The notes below the pieces were generated by a model, which was not told the DNA's origin, searched no databases, and worked only from the letters and a program-made list of their open reading frames with translations. From an uncultured Gemmatimonadales bacterium (GTDB lineage: Bacteria > Gemmatimonadota > Gemmatimonadetes > Gemmatimonadales > Gemmatimonadaceae), in NCBI GenBank assembly GCA_963793305.1, contig CAWBZV010000022.1, positions 1 to 32,679 on the forward strand: 32,679 bases of DNA, in the 5' to 3' direction. Positions within the stretch are counted from its first letter, which is position 1. Every line of letters begins with the position of its first letter. The position numbers and the translations under genes were made by a program. Positions 10,585-23,169 of the stretch are shown piece after piece.

Positions 10585-12093
10585 GAACGTCTGGCTCTCG
10601 CGCTCTCGGCGCTCATCGCGGGCAGTGCGGCGCACGCCCAGCAGGAGGGGCCGCATTGCCTGAGCGCGCGTCTCATCGACGCACACAGCGCCGTCAGCGG
10701 CCCCGTCGTCCGCGCGGTCCTCGCGCAGCCGCACGAGATGGTCTGCGGCACCGACACGACGACGATGACGCTCGCCCGCGGGGCGACGATCCCGCGATCG
10801 ATCGTGCTCATCGCCAAAGCCGTCGCCGTCGAAGACACGGTCAAAGGCGACGTGATGGTGATCGGCGGCGACCTCTATCTTCATCCCGGCTCGCACATCG
10901 ACGGCCACGCGATCGCGATCTGCGGCGGCGTGTACGCGTCGGCCCAGGCGTCGGTTCGCTACGGTGTCGTGATCGAGCCGTGCGAGAAGATCCAGCTCAA
11001 GAACGATGGCCCGAGCGTGACGGTCGAATACTGGCCGCGCGGCCTGGCGCCGCTCGTCGCCGTGCGCTTTCCGGTGCTCTACGGCTTTCGCATCCCGAGC
11101 TACGATCGGAGCGACGGGCTCTCCGCGAGCTGGGGCCCGAACGTGAATTTCGATAGCCTGCATGTCCACGTGTCGCCGCTCATCACATACCGATCCAACC
11201 TCGGCCACTTCGATCCATCGCTCGCCATCAACTGGCGGTTCCTGACGTTCCTGGGCGAGCGGACGACGCTCACGAACGACGCATGGAGTCGACCCGGATA
11301 CTACAACTCCACCGCGACACTCGGCGCGGGATCCGACGCGCGCAACTACTATCGATCCGATCACTTCTCGCTGCTCGCCAGCAAGACATACGGCGACAAG
11401 CAGAACAACTTCGCGCCGTACGCCTCGCTGAATGACGAGTTCGACCAGTCCGTCGGCCCCGACCTGCATTCGCGCCACTATGCGTGGAGCTTGATCAACC
11501 CGCTGGACACGTCCGGCGTCCGTCGAGTTAACCCACCGATCACTCGCGGTCGGATTATCTCCGCGATCGGCGGATTGAGGGGCCTCTGGACATCACCCGA
11601 GGGGATTTCGGCGAGCGGGAGCTTCGGGCTCGAGGTTCCATTCACGTCTCCGGTGCCGGGGACCTGGGTCCAGTCGACGATCGACGCGGATGTGAAGGTT
11701 CCAGCGATCGCGGACCACACGTTCGAGTTCCTGACGCACGATGTCGCGACCGCCGGCCACGCCTCGCCGGCGCAGCGCTACGCCTACGTCGGCGGCGCAC
11801 CGACGATCCCGACGTTGTTCATGCTCCAAGAGGGCGGGGACGATCTCGTGTGGCTCTCGGGCAGCTATTTGATCCCGATCCACCTCTTCCAGATCCCCCT
11901 CTTCGGCCCGCCGCAAATCGGCGCCTACTACACGACCGGCGCCGCCGGCGTCCGACACTTGCCTCACTTCACGAACAACGTCGGGCCCGAGGCGATCATC
12001 GGCATCTTCCAGTTCGTCGTGCTCTTCGACCCCGCCACGGGTCACCATGACTTCGCGGTTGGCGCGGTGTTGCCAACCACCCCTTTGTTCTAG
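10581..12093 (+). CDS. exported/outer-membrane hypothetical protein (beta-helix-like N-region plus probable beta-barrel); +1 frameshift at ~10586
   Basis: Removing one A at 10586-10587 joins GTG 10581 to the 10738 frame and gives signal peptide MRRLALALSALIAGSAAHA-QQE. Also GDVMVIGGDLYLHPGSHIDG repeat-like segment, amphipathic beta strands and a terminal Phe. Confidence 0.7.
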
Positions 12094-12102
12094 TAGTTTT
12101 CG

Positions 12103-12118
12103 TGGCGTGAATTTTGCA
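12103..12118 (+). promoter_or_regulatory. putative sigma54 (-24/-12) site upstream of kdsB
   Basis: TGGCGTG-AATT-TTGCA with exact GG-N10-GC spacing, in the 45-bp intergenic gap. Confidence 0.6.
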
Positions 12119-12138
12119 GCCGCGCGGCCGCTCCGCGC

Positions 12139-14570
<2,432 letters not shown>

Positions 14571-14576
14571 GGTCTC

Positions 14577-15380
14577 GTGCCGAGCGCGTTTCCGCCAAAG
14601 GCCTTCTTTCTCATCGCCGGGCCCTGTGTCCTGGAGGATGACGCGCTCAACCTGCAGGTGGCCGAACACCTCGCGCGGTTGGCGCCGCGCGTGCCGGGTG
14701 GGGTGATCTACAAGGCCAGCTTCGACAAGGCGAACCGTTCCAACGCCAGCGCCGCCCGTGGGCCGGGTCTGCACCTCGGTCTGGCCGCCCTGGAGCGCGT
14801 TCGCAAGGAGTCGGGTCTCCGTGTCCTGACCGATGTCCACGAGCCGGAACAATGCGAGGAGGTCTCGGACATTGTCGACGTCCTCCAGATCCCCGCGTTT
14901 CTGTGCCGGCAGACCGATCTCCTGGTCGCGGCGGGCGCCACCGGCCTGCCCGTGAATATCAAGAAGGGCCAATGGATGCATCCCGAGGGAATGCGCGGCG
15001 CGGTGGAGAAAGTGCGCTGCTCAGGCCCGTCGGAAGTCGCGGTGACCGAGCGCGGAACGTTCTTTGGCTACGGTGACCTCGTCGTCGACATGCGCAACTT
15101 TCGCCGCTTGCGCGCCGCCTGCGACGCGCCGGTGATTTTCGACGCGACGCACAGCGTGCAGCAGCCGGGGAAGGGCGCCGAGGGGTCGAGCGGCGGGGTC
15201 CGTGAGTGCATCCCGGATCTCGTGCTCGCGGCCGTCGCGGCGGGCGCCGATGGGCTTTTCCTCGAGACGCACCCTGATCCCGACAAAGCGCCGAGCGACG
15301 GGCCGAACATGCTCGCCCTGTCGGAGCTCGACGCTCTGATCGATCGCGCGATTGACCTCTGGACCCGATGCCGCCAGTAA
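14577..15380 (+). CDS. kdsA: 3-deoxy-8-phosphooctulonate (KDO8P) synthase
   Basis: IAGPCVLE, KASFDKANRS, QIPAFLCRQTD, NIKKGQ, FDATHSVQQP, ETHPDP..APSDG. Confidence 0.96.
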   Translation: MPSAFPPKAFFLIAGPCVLEDDALNLQVAEHLARLAPRVPGGVIYKASFDKANRSNASAARGPGLHLGLAALERVRKESGLRVLTDVHEPEQCEEVSDIVDVLQIPAFLCRQTDLLVAAGATGLPVNIKKGQWMHPEGMRGAVEKVRCSGPSEVAVTERGTFFGYGDLVVDMRNFRRLRAACDAPVIFDATHSVQQPGKGAEGSSGGVRECIPDLVLAAVAAGADGLFLETHPDPDKAPSDGPNMLALSELDALIDRAIDLWTRCRQ

Positions 15381-15949
15381 TCGACCCGGCGCTCGCGCGT
15401 CGCATAAAAGTTGTCGGCCTGGACGTTGACGGCGTTCTCACCGACGGTGGGATCTATCTCGGCGATGTCGGTGGCACGGCGCACGAGTTCAAGCGCTACG
15501 ACATCCAGGATGGCTTCGGCATCTACTGCATGCGTGAAGCGGGCCTTCGCGTGATGATCGTCACCGGCCGGATCTCCGAGAGCGTGCGCCTCCGGGCGGC
15601 CGAGCTTCGACTCGATGGCGTCGCCCAGGACGACCAAGCCCGGAAGCTCCCGGCGCTCAAGCGTCTGCTGGCGCGTGAGGGCTATACGCTGGCCGAGACA
15701 GCGTTCGTTGGCGACGACTTCCCAGACCTCGGCATCTTGCGCGTCGTCGGCCTGCCAGTGGCCGTCGGCAATGCGGTGCCCGAGATCCGCGACGTGGCCA
15801 AGCTGCAGCTCACCCGAGCGGGCGGCTTCGGCGCCATCCGCGAGTTCTCCGAGCTATTGCTCACCGCTCGCGGCGAGTGGACCCAGGTCGTCGAGCGCTA
15901 CGTCACCGAGAAGTCGCACGCTGACGTGAGCGAGGTCGTGCTCGGATGA
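15368..15949 (+). CDS. kdsC: KDO8P phosphatase (HAD)
   Basis: DVDGVLTDG, DGFGI, TGR, FVGDDFPD, GGFGAIRE; located between kdsA and kdsD. Confidence 0.9.
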   Translation: MPPVIDPALARRIKVVGLDVDGVLTDGGIYLGDVGGTAHEFKRYDIQDGFGIYCMREAGLRVMIVTGRISESVRLRAAELRLDGVAQDDQARKLPALKRLLAREGYTLAETAFVGDDFPDLGILRVVGLPVAVGNAVPEIRDVAKLQLTRAGGFGAIREFSELLLTARGEWTQVVERYVTEKSHADVSEVVLG

Positions 15950-16902
15950 GCGCCGTCGAACGTGGTCGTCGGGTGATGCGTGCCGAGCACGCGGCGCTCG
16001 CCCGTGCGGAGGCCCGGCTGGGCGACGAGTTTGCCCAAGCCGTGTCGCTCATCCTCGCCTCGCCCGGCCGGGTGCTCGTAACAGGCGTCGGCAAATCTGG
16101 CCACATCGGCGCCAAGATCGCCTCGACGCTGACGTCGACGGGCACGGCGGCGACATTCCTGCACCCGGTCGATGGTCTGCATGGCGACCTCGGTCTCGTC
16201 AGCGAAGACGACGTCGCGATCCTGATCTCCAAGAGCGGAGAATCCGCCGAGTTGGTCGCGCTGCTCGATCACCTCAAGCGGTTCGGCGTCAAGATTATCG
16301 CGATCACCGGCGCGCCACTTTCGACCATCGCGCGCCATGCAGACGTCGTGCTCGATGCTGCGGTCGATGAAGAGGCTTGTCCCCATGACCTGGCGCCGAC
16401 GGCAAGTACTACGGTCGCGCTCGCTCTTGGCGACGCCCTCGCGGTCGCGCTTCTTGAGGAACGCGGGTTCAGCGCCGAGGATTTCGCGCGCTTGCATCCG
16501 GGCGGAGCGCTTGGTCGCCGTCTCCTCACGAAGGTGAGCGATGTGATGGAGCGTGACGCACTCCCGTTACTGGCCCCAAGCGCGTTGATACGCGAGGCCA
16601 TGGTACTTCTCGCCGAGCGTCGGGGTATCGTAGTCGTGACCGACGAGACCTGCCACGTCCTGGGCGTCGTGACGACCGGCGACTTCACGCGCCTCATGGA
16701 GCGCTCCACGGATCCACTCGGGACGCCGGTGCGCTCGGTGATGACACCATCCCCGCGCCTCGCCCACGCGACGGAGCTGGGGAGCGCGGTCGTGCACCGC
16801 ATGCAGCAGCACAGCATCGTCGCGATGCCGGTGCTCGACGACGCCGAGCGGGTCGTCGGTGTCGTGCACCTGCACGATCTGATGCGAGCGGGGTGTGGGT
16901 GA
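15946..16902 (+). CDS. kdsD: arabinose-5-phosphate isomerase (KpsF/GutQ; SIS plus CBS)
   Basis: GVGKSGHIG, STGT, LHGDLG, SKSGES, EACPHDLAPTAST, LHPGGALG, C-terminal CBS pair. Confidence 0.93.
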   Translation: MSAVERGRRVMRAEHAALARAEARLGDEFAQAVSLILASPGRVLVTGVGKSGHIGAKIASTLTSTGTAATFLHPVDGLHGDLGLVSEDDVAILISKSGESAELVALLDHLKRFGVKIIAITGAPLSTIARHADVVLDAAVDEEACPHDLAPTASTTVALALGDALAVALLEERGFSAEDFARLHPGGALGRRLLTKVSDVMERDALPLLAPSALIREAMVLLAERRGIVVVTDETCHVLGVVTTGDFTRLMERSTDPLGTPVRSVMTPSPRLAHATELGSAVVHRMQQHSIVAMPVLDDAERVVGVVHLHDLMRAGCG

Positions 16903-17630
16903 GGCCCGGCCGTCTTCTGCTGGTGCTCGCACTGATCGGATGCGGCCGCGGCCAAAAGTCCCCGAGCGCCCCGCATAATCCGCTGGCCGACTCGGCCGAT
17001 CAGGTCGTCTTCGGCGCCCGGTCGAAGATGACCGACGGCGGCGTGAGCAAGTCGGACCTGTATTCGGACACCGCCTACTTCTTTGACGACAACACGCGCA
17101 TCGAGATGCGCGGCCACGTCATGGTGACGTTCTTCACCAACGTCGGCGCCAAGAACGCCGTGTTGACGTCGAAGGAAGGCACATACAACAACCGCACCGG
17201 CAACATGGAAGCGCGCGGCAACGTCGTGGTCAACACCGTCGATGGTCGGCACCTCACGACGTCCGTGCTGCGCTTCAACCAGACGCGGAACGAGATTTCG
17301 AGCGACTCGGCGTTCGTCACCACCGACTCGTCTCGTCGCCTGACCGGGATCGGGTTCACGTCCGACCCGAACATGAACAATATTCATTGCCTCCGTGCCT
17401 GCAGTGGGCTCGGCGGCCAAGTGGTCCTGCCATCAAACCAGCCGGCGCCCGCTGGTGCACAAGTGGCGACCCCGTCCCAGGCGCAGGGATTGCCGACCGG
17501 ACCACCGCCGCCGCCTCCGCCGCCGGCCGCTCCCGTGGACAGCACCCGGCGCGATAGTACCCGTCGCGACAGTACGCGGCGCGATAGCACGCGGCGCGAC
17601 AGCACGGTCGTGCACCCACCAAAAGCATGA
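16899..17630 (+). CDS. lptC: LPS export periplasmic protein LptC (lipoprotein-type) with a Pro-rich/DSTRR tail
   Basis: Lipobox-like LALIG-C; LTSKEGTYN..TGNMEARGNVVV...LTTSVLRFNQ...ISSDSAF jellyroll pattern; position after kdsD. Confidence 0.8.
   Translation: MRPGRLLLVLALIGCGRGQKSPSAPHNPLADSADQVVFGARSKMTDGGVSKSDLYSDTAYFFDDNTRIEMRGHVMVTFFTNVGAKNAVLTSKEGTYNNRTGNMEARGNVVVNTVDGRHLTTSVLRFNQTRNEISSDSAFVTTDSSRRLTGIGFTSDPNMNNIHCLRACSGLGGQVVLPSNQPAPAGAQVATPSQAQGLPTGPPPPPPPPAAPVDSTRRDSTRRDSTRRDSTRRDSTVVHPPKA
17538..17606 (+). repeat. 15-bp coding tandem repeat, 4.6 copies, encoding (DSTRR)4-DST
   Basis: gacagcacccggcgc/gatagtacccgtcgc/gacagtacgcggcgc/gatagcacgcggcgc/gacagcacg. Confidence 0.95.
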
Positions 17631-18973
17631 AGTCCCTCGCGGCGCTACTGATCGCGGGAGCCCTCGGCGCCCAACCGCCGGCGGGCCCATGCCGTCTGGT
17701 ATTCCAGAACACCGACTCGACCCGAGGCACGGCCGTCAAGCTCCCGAGCGGGAAATACAACACGTTCCTCGGCAACGGCGTGATCGCCCACTGTCCATCG
17801 CAGAACCTGACGCTGATCTCCGACAGCGCCGAGTCCTATGAAGAGCAGGGCGTGATGTACGCGATCGGCCACGTGCACTACACGGAGCCCCGCGCCAAGA
17901 TGGACGCCGACCGCGCCTGGTACTATCAAGTCGACGCCCGCCTGATCGCCGACGGCAACGTCGTCGCCCGCACGCCGAGCGGCTCGGTGATGCACGGCCC
18001 ACACGCGGACTACTTACGCGCGCTCCCGGGTGTTCGAGCCCAGGCGCAGATGACGGCCACCGGCCGCCCGCACTTGGACCTCGTGCAACGCGACTCGCTC
18101 GGCCGCCCCGAGCCCCCGGTTGGCGTGGACGCCAACACGATCGTCTCGGTGAACGACAGTTTGATCTACGCCTCCGGCAAAGTCGACATCGACCGCTCGG
18201 ACGTCGACGCCCACGGCGACTCGGCCTATCTCGATCAGGGCATCGAGTTTATGCGCTTGATGATCAAGCCCGTGATCCACGGCAAGCAGAGTCGCCCGTT
18301 CATCCTCCATGGCGACGTGATCGACCTCTACTCGAAGCTGCGCCAGCTCCAACGCGTCAAGGCGTACGCGCGTGGCGACGTCGTGAGCCAGGAACTGCAC
18401 CTGTGGTCGGACACGATCGATCTTCGCGTGACGAACAAGCAACTGGAGCGGGCCTACGCCTGGGGCCCCTCTCGCGCCCGCGCCAACACGGGGGAACGCG
18501 ATATCCTCGCCGACTCGATCGACGCGATGCTCCCGGGCCAGGTTCTGCGCCAGGTCCGCTCGGTCGGCAAGGCATTTGCCCAAAGCATCCCGGACACGAT
18601 CAAGATCAAATCCAAGGACAAAGACTGGATGAAGGGCGATACGATCATCGCCTATTTCGACAGCACGACGGTTCGGGATCCATCGGATACCAACAAGCAA
18701 CCGGAAGTGAAGACGGTGATTGCGTTGGGCCACGCCCGATCGCTCTACCAGATGCCACCGAAGGACAAACGCGCCAAGGTCCCGGCGCTCAACTACGTAC
18801 GAGGCCACGACATCCAAATCCAGCTCGTGCAGCGCTCCGTGCAAACGGTCACCGTCAAGGACAGCGTCTCGGGCGTGATGCTGGAGCCGATCGTCCCAGA
18901 CACGCTCAAGGCCAAGCGCGACTCTGCCGGTACGGGCCGTAGCCGTCGCGGCGGATTCCCGGGGCGTCCATGA
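17627..18973 (+). CDS. long OstA/LptA-like periplasmic beta-jellyroll protein
   Basis: Signal peptide; repeated L/I-x-(A/G/S)-D-(S/T/V)-(A/I) and GxV beta motifs; occupies the lptA position between lptC and lptB. Confidence 0.7.
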   Translation: MKSLAALLIAGALGAQPPAGPCRLVFQNTDSTRGTAVKLPSGKYNTFLGNGVIAHCPSQNLTLISDSAESYEEQGVMYAIGHVHYTEPRAKMDADRAWYYQVDARLIADGNVVARTPSGSVMHGPHADYLRALPGVRAQAQMTATGRPHLDLVQRDSLGRPEPPVGVDANTIVSVNDSLIYASGKVDIDRSDVDAHGDSAYLDQGIEFMRLMIKPVIHGKQSRPFILHGDVIDLYSKLRQLQRVKAYARGDVVSQELHLWSDTIDLRVTNKQLERAYAWGPSRARANTGERDILADSIDAMLPGQVLRQVRSVGKAFAQSIPDTIKIKSKDKDWMKGDTIIAYFDSTTVRDPSDTNKQPEVKTVIALGHARSLYQMPPKDKRAKVPALNYVRGHDIQIQLVQRSVQTVTVKDSVSGVMLEPIVPDTLKAKRDSAGTGRSRRGGFPGRP

Positions 18974-20163
18974 CGATCCCTGATCGTCTGTTCGCGTTCG
19001 CGAAAGCCGACCGCACGACGGCGGGCGTACTGGCCGCGCTCATCGAGGCCGCCGACACGGACGGCCGCGTGCGACTCAACGACCTCGCGATTCGGGTCCG
19101 CGACCAGTACCTGGCGCAGCTCCGCTCGGAAGGCCGTGACGCCGAGCAAGAGGCGGGACGCTTGAGTCTCGACGAGGTGCGCGGGTTCTTGTTGGCGTCC
19201 GTGCTCCCGCGGATGGCGGACGAGGGTCTGGTGATCCCGCCGCCCGCGGGCACGACCGATCCCGACGCGTTGATCGCGGTCGCGCCAACCATCTGGAGTG
19301 GCGTCGCCGTGGTCGGGGGCGACCGGGAGAAGCGCACGAGTCTCGCCGAGGCGATTCGGGAGAGCGGCGGTCACGCCGTGCATCCCAATGTTCCCGAACC
19401 CGAGGTCGGGACGGGCAGCACCTTGGAGGCCGAAGGGTTGGTCAAGGTGTACCGGCGCCGCAAAGTCGTGAACGATGTCGCGGTCCGGCTTCGCCAGGGC
19501 GAGATCGTCGGGATGCTGGGCCCGAACGGAGCGGGGAAGACGACGACGTTCTACATGATCGTCGGGCTGATCCAGCCGCTCATGGGCCGGATTCTCTTGG
19601 ATGGCCAAGACATCACGCAAACGCCGATGTACAAGCGCGCGCGACAGGGGATCGGCTACTTGTCCCAGGAGCCATCGATATTTCGGAAGCTCACGGTCGA
19701 GGAGAATATTCTGGCGATCCTCGAGATGCTGCCCTTGTCGGGCAGCGAGCGCCGGGCGCGGCTGGAGCAACTTCTCGACGAGTTGAGCATCAAGCACCTG
19801 CGGCACAACAAGGCATATTCGTTGTCGGGCGGCGAGCGCCGGCGGCTGGAGATCACCCGGGCGCTCGTCACCAGCCCGAAATTCATGATGCTGGACGAGC
19901 CATTCGCCGGCGTTGATCCGATCGCCGTGCACGACATTCAGACCATTGTCGCCGGCCTCCGGCACCGGGGGATTGGCGTGCTGATCAGCGACCACAACGT
20001 GGAACAGACGCTCGACATTGTGGACCGGGCCTATATCATGTTCGATGGGCAGGTCAAGGTGTCGGGCACGGTCCGTCAACTGGTCTTCGACGAGACGGTC
20101 GCCGAGATTTACCTGGGGCCCACCCTCACCGCGCGCCTCCGGGCGCGCTACTCGGCCGCATAG
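18970..20163 (+). CDS. lptB: LPS export ABC ATPase LptB with an ~150-aa N-terminal extension
   Basis: [69 protein letters not shown]. Confidence 0.95.
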   Translation: MTIPDRLFAFAKADRTTAGVLAALIEAADTDGRVRLNDLAIRVRDQYLAQLRSEGRDAEQEAGRLSLDEVRGFLLASVLPRMADEGLVIPPPAGTTDPDALIAVAPTIWSGVAVVGGDREKRTSLAEAIRESGGHAVHPNVPEPEVGTGSTLEAEGLVKVYRRRKVVNDVAVRLRQGEIVGMLGPNGAGKTTTFYMIVGLIQPLMGRILLDGQDITQTPMYKRARQGIGYLSQEPSIFRKLTVEENILAILEMLPLSGSERRARLEQLLDELSIKHLRHNKAYSLSGGERRRLEITRALVTSPKFMMLDEPFAGVDPIAVHDIQTIVAGLRHRGIGVLISDHNVEQTLDIVDRAYIMFDGQVKVSGTVRQLVFDETVAEIYLGPTLTARLRARYSAA

Positions 20164-20179
20164 GCTGGGGCGGGGCGTT

Positions 20180-21668
20180 ATGAAGACGGGACTGAATCAG
20201 AGCACGCAGCTCAGGCAAGAGCTCAAGATCAATCCACGCCTGTACCAGGCGATGGATCTCCTGTACATGCCGCTGCTGGATCTGCAGCAGCACTTGAAGC
20301 AGGAGCTCTTGAACAACCCGTTCTTGGAGCTGGTCGAGCCGGAGGAGGACGAGGAAGACGACTCGCCCGAAGCCGAGGCCCAGACCGAGGAACAGCCGCC
20401 GGAGGAGCAGAAGAACGACGAGATAGACTGGGAAGAGATCTTGTTGGAAGGGTTCGACGCGGGTGGCCGGCGCGAGGAGCACGAGGAGAAGGAGTACTAC
20501 GAGCCGGTCACGGCCCAGTCCCGTGACCTCAGTGATCATCTCTCGGAGCAGATCGCGCTGCTCGAACTGACCCCCCGTGAGTTGGTGCTCGCCGAGGAAT
20601 TCGTCGGGAACATCAACGACGAGGGCTACCTCGACTGCCCGGTGCAGGAGATCATCGACGGGATCAACGCCGAGGTCACAAAGATCGCCGAAGCGGCGGA
20701 GGAAGAGAGCGAGAAGGAGCCCAACGGCAACGCCCCGCTGCCGTTGTACACGGTCGCCGAAGGCGAGGCCATGCTGGCCCGCATCCAGGATCTCGAGCCC
20801 GCTGGCGTCGGTGCCCGCGATCTCCGCGAGTGCCTGTTATTGCAGCTCAAGCAAGCCGGGCTCGAGCAATCCGTCCCGTATCGGCTGGTCCGCGATTGCT
20901 ATGACGAGCTCATCAATCATCGCTGGAGCGAGATCTCGAAGCGCTTCGGCATCAGCCAAAATGACGTCCAGCGCGCCGCGGACGAGATCGCCAAGCTCGA
21001 CCCCAAGCCCGGCCTCGTGTATTCGGCCGCGAGCGACAATTACATCACGCCGGACCTCGTGGTCGACAAGATCGACGGCCACTATCACGTCTTCCTGAAC
21101 GACGCCAATCTCCCACGTCTCAAACTCTCGCGCGCCTATCAGGAAATCGCCCGCGACAAAAAGAAATTCGACGGCGAGAACAAAGAGTTCATCTCCGAAT
21201 AAGCTGAACTCCGCGAACTGGATGATCCAAGCGATCGAGCAACGTCGCCAGACGATGCTCAAGGTGATGAACTACATCATCGAGCGCCAACGCGATTTCT
21301 TCGAGAAGGGCGTGCAGTACCTCAAGCCGCTGACGCTCCGCGAAGTCGCCGAAGTGATCAACATGCACGAGTCGACGGTGAGCCGCGTGACGAACGAGAA
21401 GTTTGTCCAAACACCACGCGGCGTGTTGCCCCTCAAGTTCTTCTTCTCGTCCGGCCTCTCCACCTCCGGCGGCGAAGACGTCTCGGCGCGGGGGATCAAG
21501 GCCCAGATTCAGAAGCTGGTCGATGAAGAGGACCCCAAGCACCCGCTGACGGACCAAGCGATCGTGAACATTCTCAAAGACAGCGGCGTCCAGATCGCCC
21601 GCCGCACCGTCGCCAAGTACCGCGACCAACTCGGTGTGCTCTCGGCCCGCATGAGAAAGCGAGTCTGA
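20180..21668 (+). CDS. rpoN: RNA polymerase sigma-54 factor; +1 frameshift at ~21196 (probable assembly error)
   Basis: Region I QLRQEL..P.L.QAM.LL; NPFLE; GVGARDLRECLLLQL; second frame LKPLTLREVAE..MHESTVSR and RpoN box ARRTVAKYR. Changing tccg to tcg restores ...FISNKLNSANWMI. Confidence 0.95.
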
Positions 21669-22612
21669 TGGCTCTCGCCATCGTGGCGCCCTCGACCAAG
21701 GTCGACGTCAGCGTTCTGGTCCCCGCAAAAGACGAAGCGGCCAATCTCCCGCTGTTTTTGGAACAAGCGGCGGCGGCGTTCGCAACCGCCGACGCCACCT
21801 TCGAGGTCATCGTCATCGACGACGGCTCGACGGATGACACCTGGGCGGTCTTGGGCGCGCTCGTCGACCAGTACCCGTTCGTCCGTCGCGTCCGCCACCG
21901 CCGCCAACGCGGCATCGCCGATGCGCTCCGGACCGGCTACGGCCAAGCGCGTGGCGATGTGCTCGTCTTCTACCCGGCTGACCTGCAATACAAGCCGGAG
22001 GACATCCCGCGCCTCGTCGCCCCGATTCTCGCCGACGAGTCCGACATGGTCACGGGGTACAAGCAGGGAAAGTACGAGAAGGCGTTCGTCTCCCGCGTGT
22101 ATAATGGGTTGAGTCGCCTGCTGTTCGAGATCCCGGTACGCGATCTCAACTCGGTCAAAGCCTACCGCCGTGAGATCATGGAGCAGCTGCCGGTCCGGCC
22201 GGACTGGCATCGCTACATGATCGTGATCGCCGCGGCCCAGGGCTTCACGGTCACCGAGATCCCGGTGCCGCTCTACCCGCGTCACGCGGGGCACTCGAAA
22301 TTTGGCAAGTCGCGCATTGTCGTCGGCACGCTCGACATGCTCTCGGTCTGGTTCGAGCTCCGATTCGGGCGCAAGCCGCTGATGCTCTTCGGCACCCTGG
22401 GCTCTTTTTTGTTCTTGCTCGGCGTGTTGACGGGCATCGTCGCCCTGCTCATGCGCTTCGTGATCCCGCCCTACCAGGGCTTCCGCCCGCTACTCAACCT
22501 CATCGAGGTCTGCCTCATCCTCGGCTTCCTCTCGTTCGCCACCGGCCTCCTCGGCGAGCAAATCGCCGGGATGCGGGCCGAGCTCCGTGAGATGCGCCGC
22601 GACGACGAGTGA
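21668..22612 (+). CDS. GT2 glycosyltransferase, ArnC/GtrB-like polyprenol-phosphate glycosyltransferase with two C-terminal TM helices
   Basis: VSVLVPAKDE, IDDGSTDDT, YPADLQY.PEDIP, R.AG.SKFG, hydrophobic C-terminus. Confidence 0.85.
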   Translation: MALAIVAPSTKVDVSVLVPAKDEAANLPLFLEQAAAAFATADATFEVIVIDDGSTDDTWAVLGALVDQYPFVRRVRHRRQRGIADALRTGYGQARGDVLVFYPADLQYKPEDIPRLVAPILADESDMVTGYKQGKYEKAFVSRVYNGLSRLLFEIPVRDLNSVKAYRREIMEQLPVRPDWHRYMIVIAAAQGFTVTEIPVPLYPRHAGHSKFGKSRIVVGTLDMLSVWFELRFGRKPLMLFGTLGSFLFLLGVLTGIVALLMRFVIPPYQGFRPLLNLIEVCLILGFLSFATGLLGEQIAGMRAELREMRRDDE

Positions 22613-23169
22613 TGTGGACGTTCATCGGCTGGTGCTGGGCCGCCTTTATCGTGGTCTGGCTGATCACCGCCATCCGCACGAAGCGCACGCGCACCGCCGA
22701 ATCGTTCCGCGGCCAGCTGACCTACCGCTTGGTGACGGCGGCCGGCGTCCTTCTCATCTTCCCGAACCGCTACACGATCGAGGTGCTCCGGACGCAGATC
22801 TTTCCGTGGAGCCCGATCTTCCTCGACGTCGGCGCCGTGCTCACCGCGCTCGGCATTCTCTTCGCGTTCTGGGCGCGGTTTCACCTGGGGCGGAACTGGA
22901 GCGGGAACGTCACGATCAAGGCTGACCACGAGTTGATCCGCACCGGTCCGTACGCCCTCATCCGCCATCCGATCTACACGGGGATCCTCCTCGCGCTGTT
23001 CGGCACCGGCCTCGCCAACGATCTCTGGCGCTCCGCGCTCGGCTTCGGGCTCGTACTCCTCGGCTTCTGGCTCAAGGCCCGGCGCGAAGAAGCCATCCTG
23101 TCCCAGGAATTCGGCCCGACGTTCGCTGACCACCAGCGTGCAACCGGAATGTTCTTGCCGCGGGTCTAG
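22609..23169 (+). CDS. isoprenylcysteine carboxylmethyltransferase (ICMT/PEMT) family membrane methyltransferase
   Basis: WAR.HLGRNWS, HELIRTGPYALIRHPIYTG, KARREE..L...FG. Confidence 0.88.
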   Translation: MMWTFIGWCWAAFIVVWLITAIRTKRTRTAESFRGQLTYRLVTAAGVLLIFPNRYTIEVLRTQIFPWSPIFLDVGAVLTALGILFAFWARFHLGRNWSGNVTIKADHELIRTGPYALIRHPIYTGILLALFGTGLANDLWRSALGFGLVLLGFWLKARREEAILSQEFGPTFADHQRATGMFLPRV

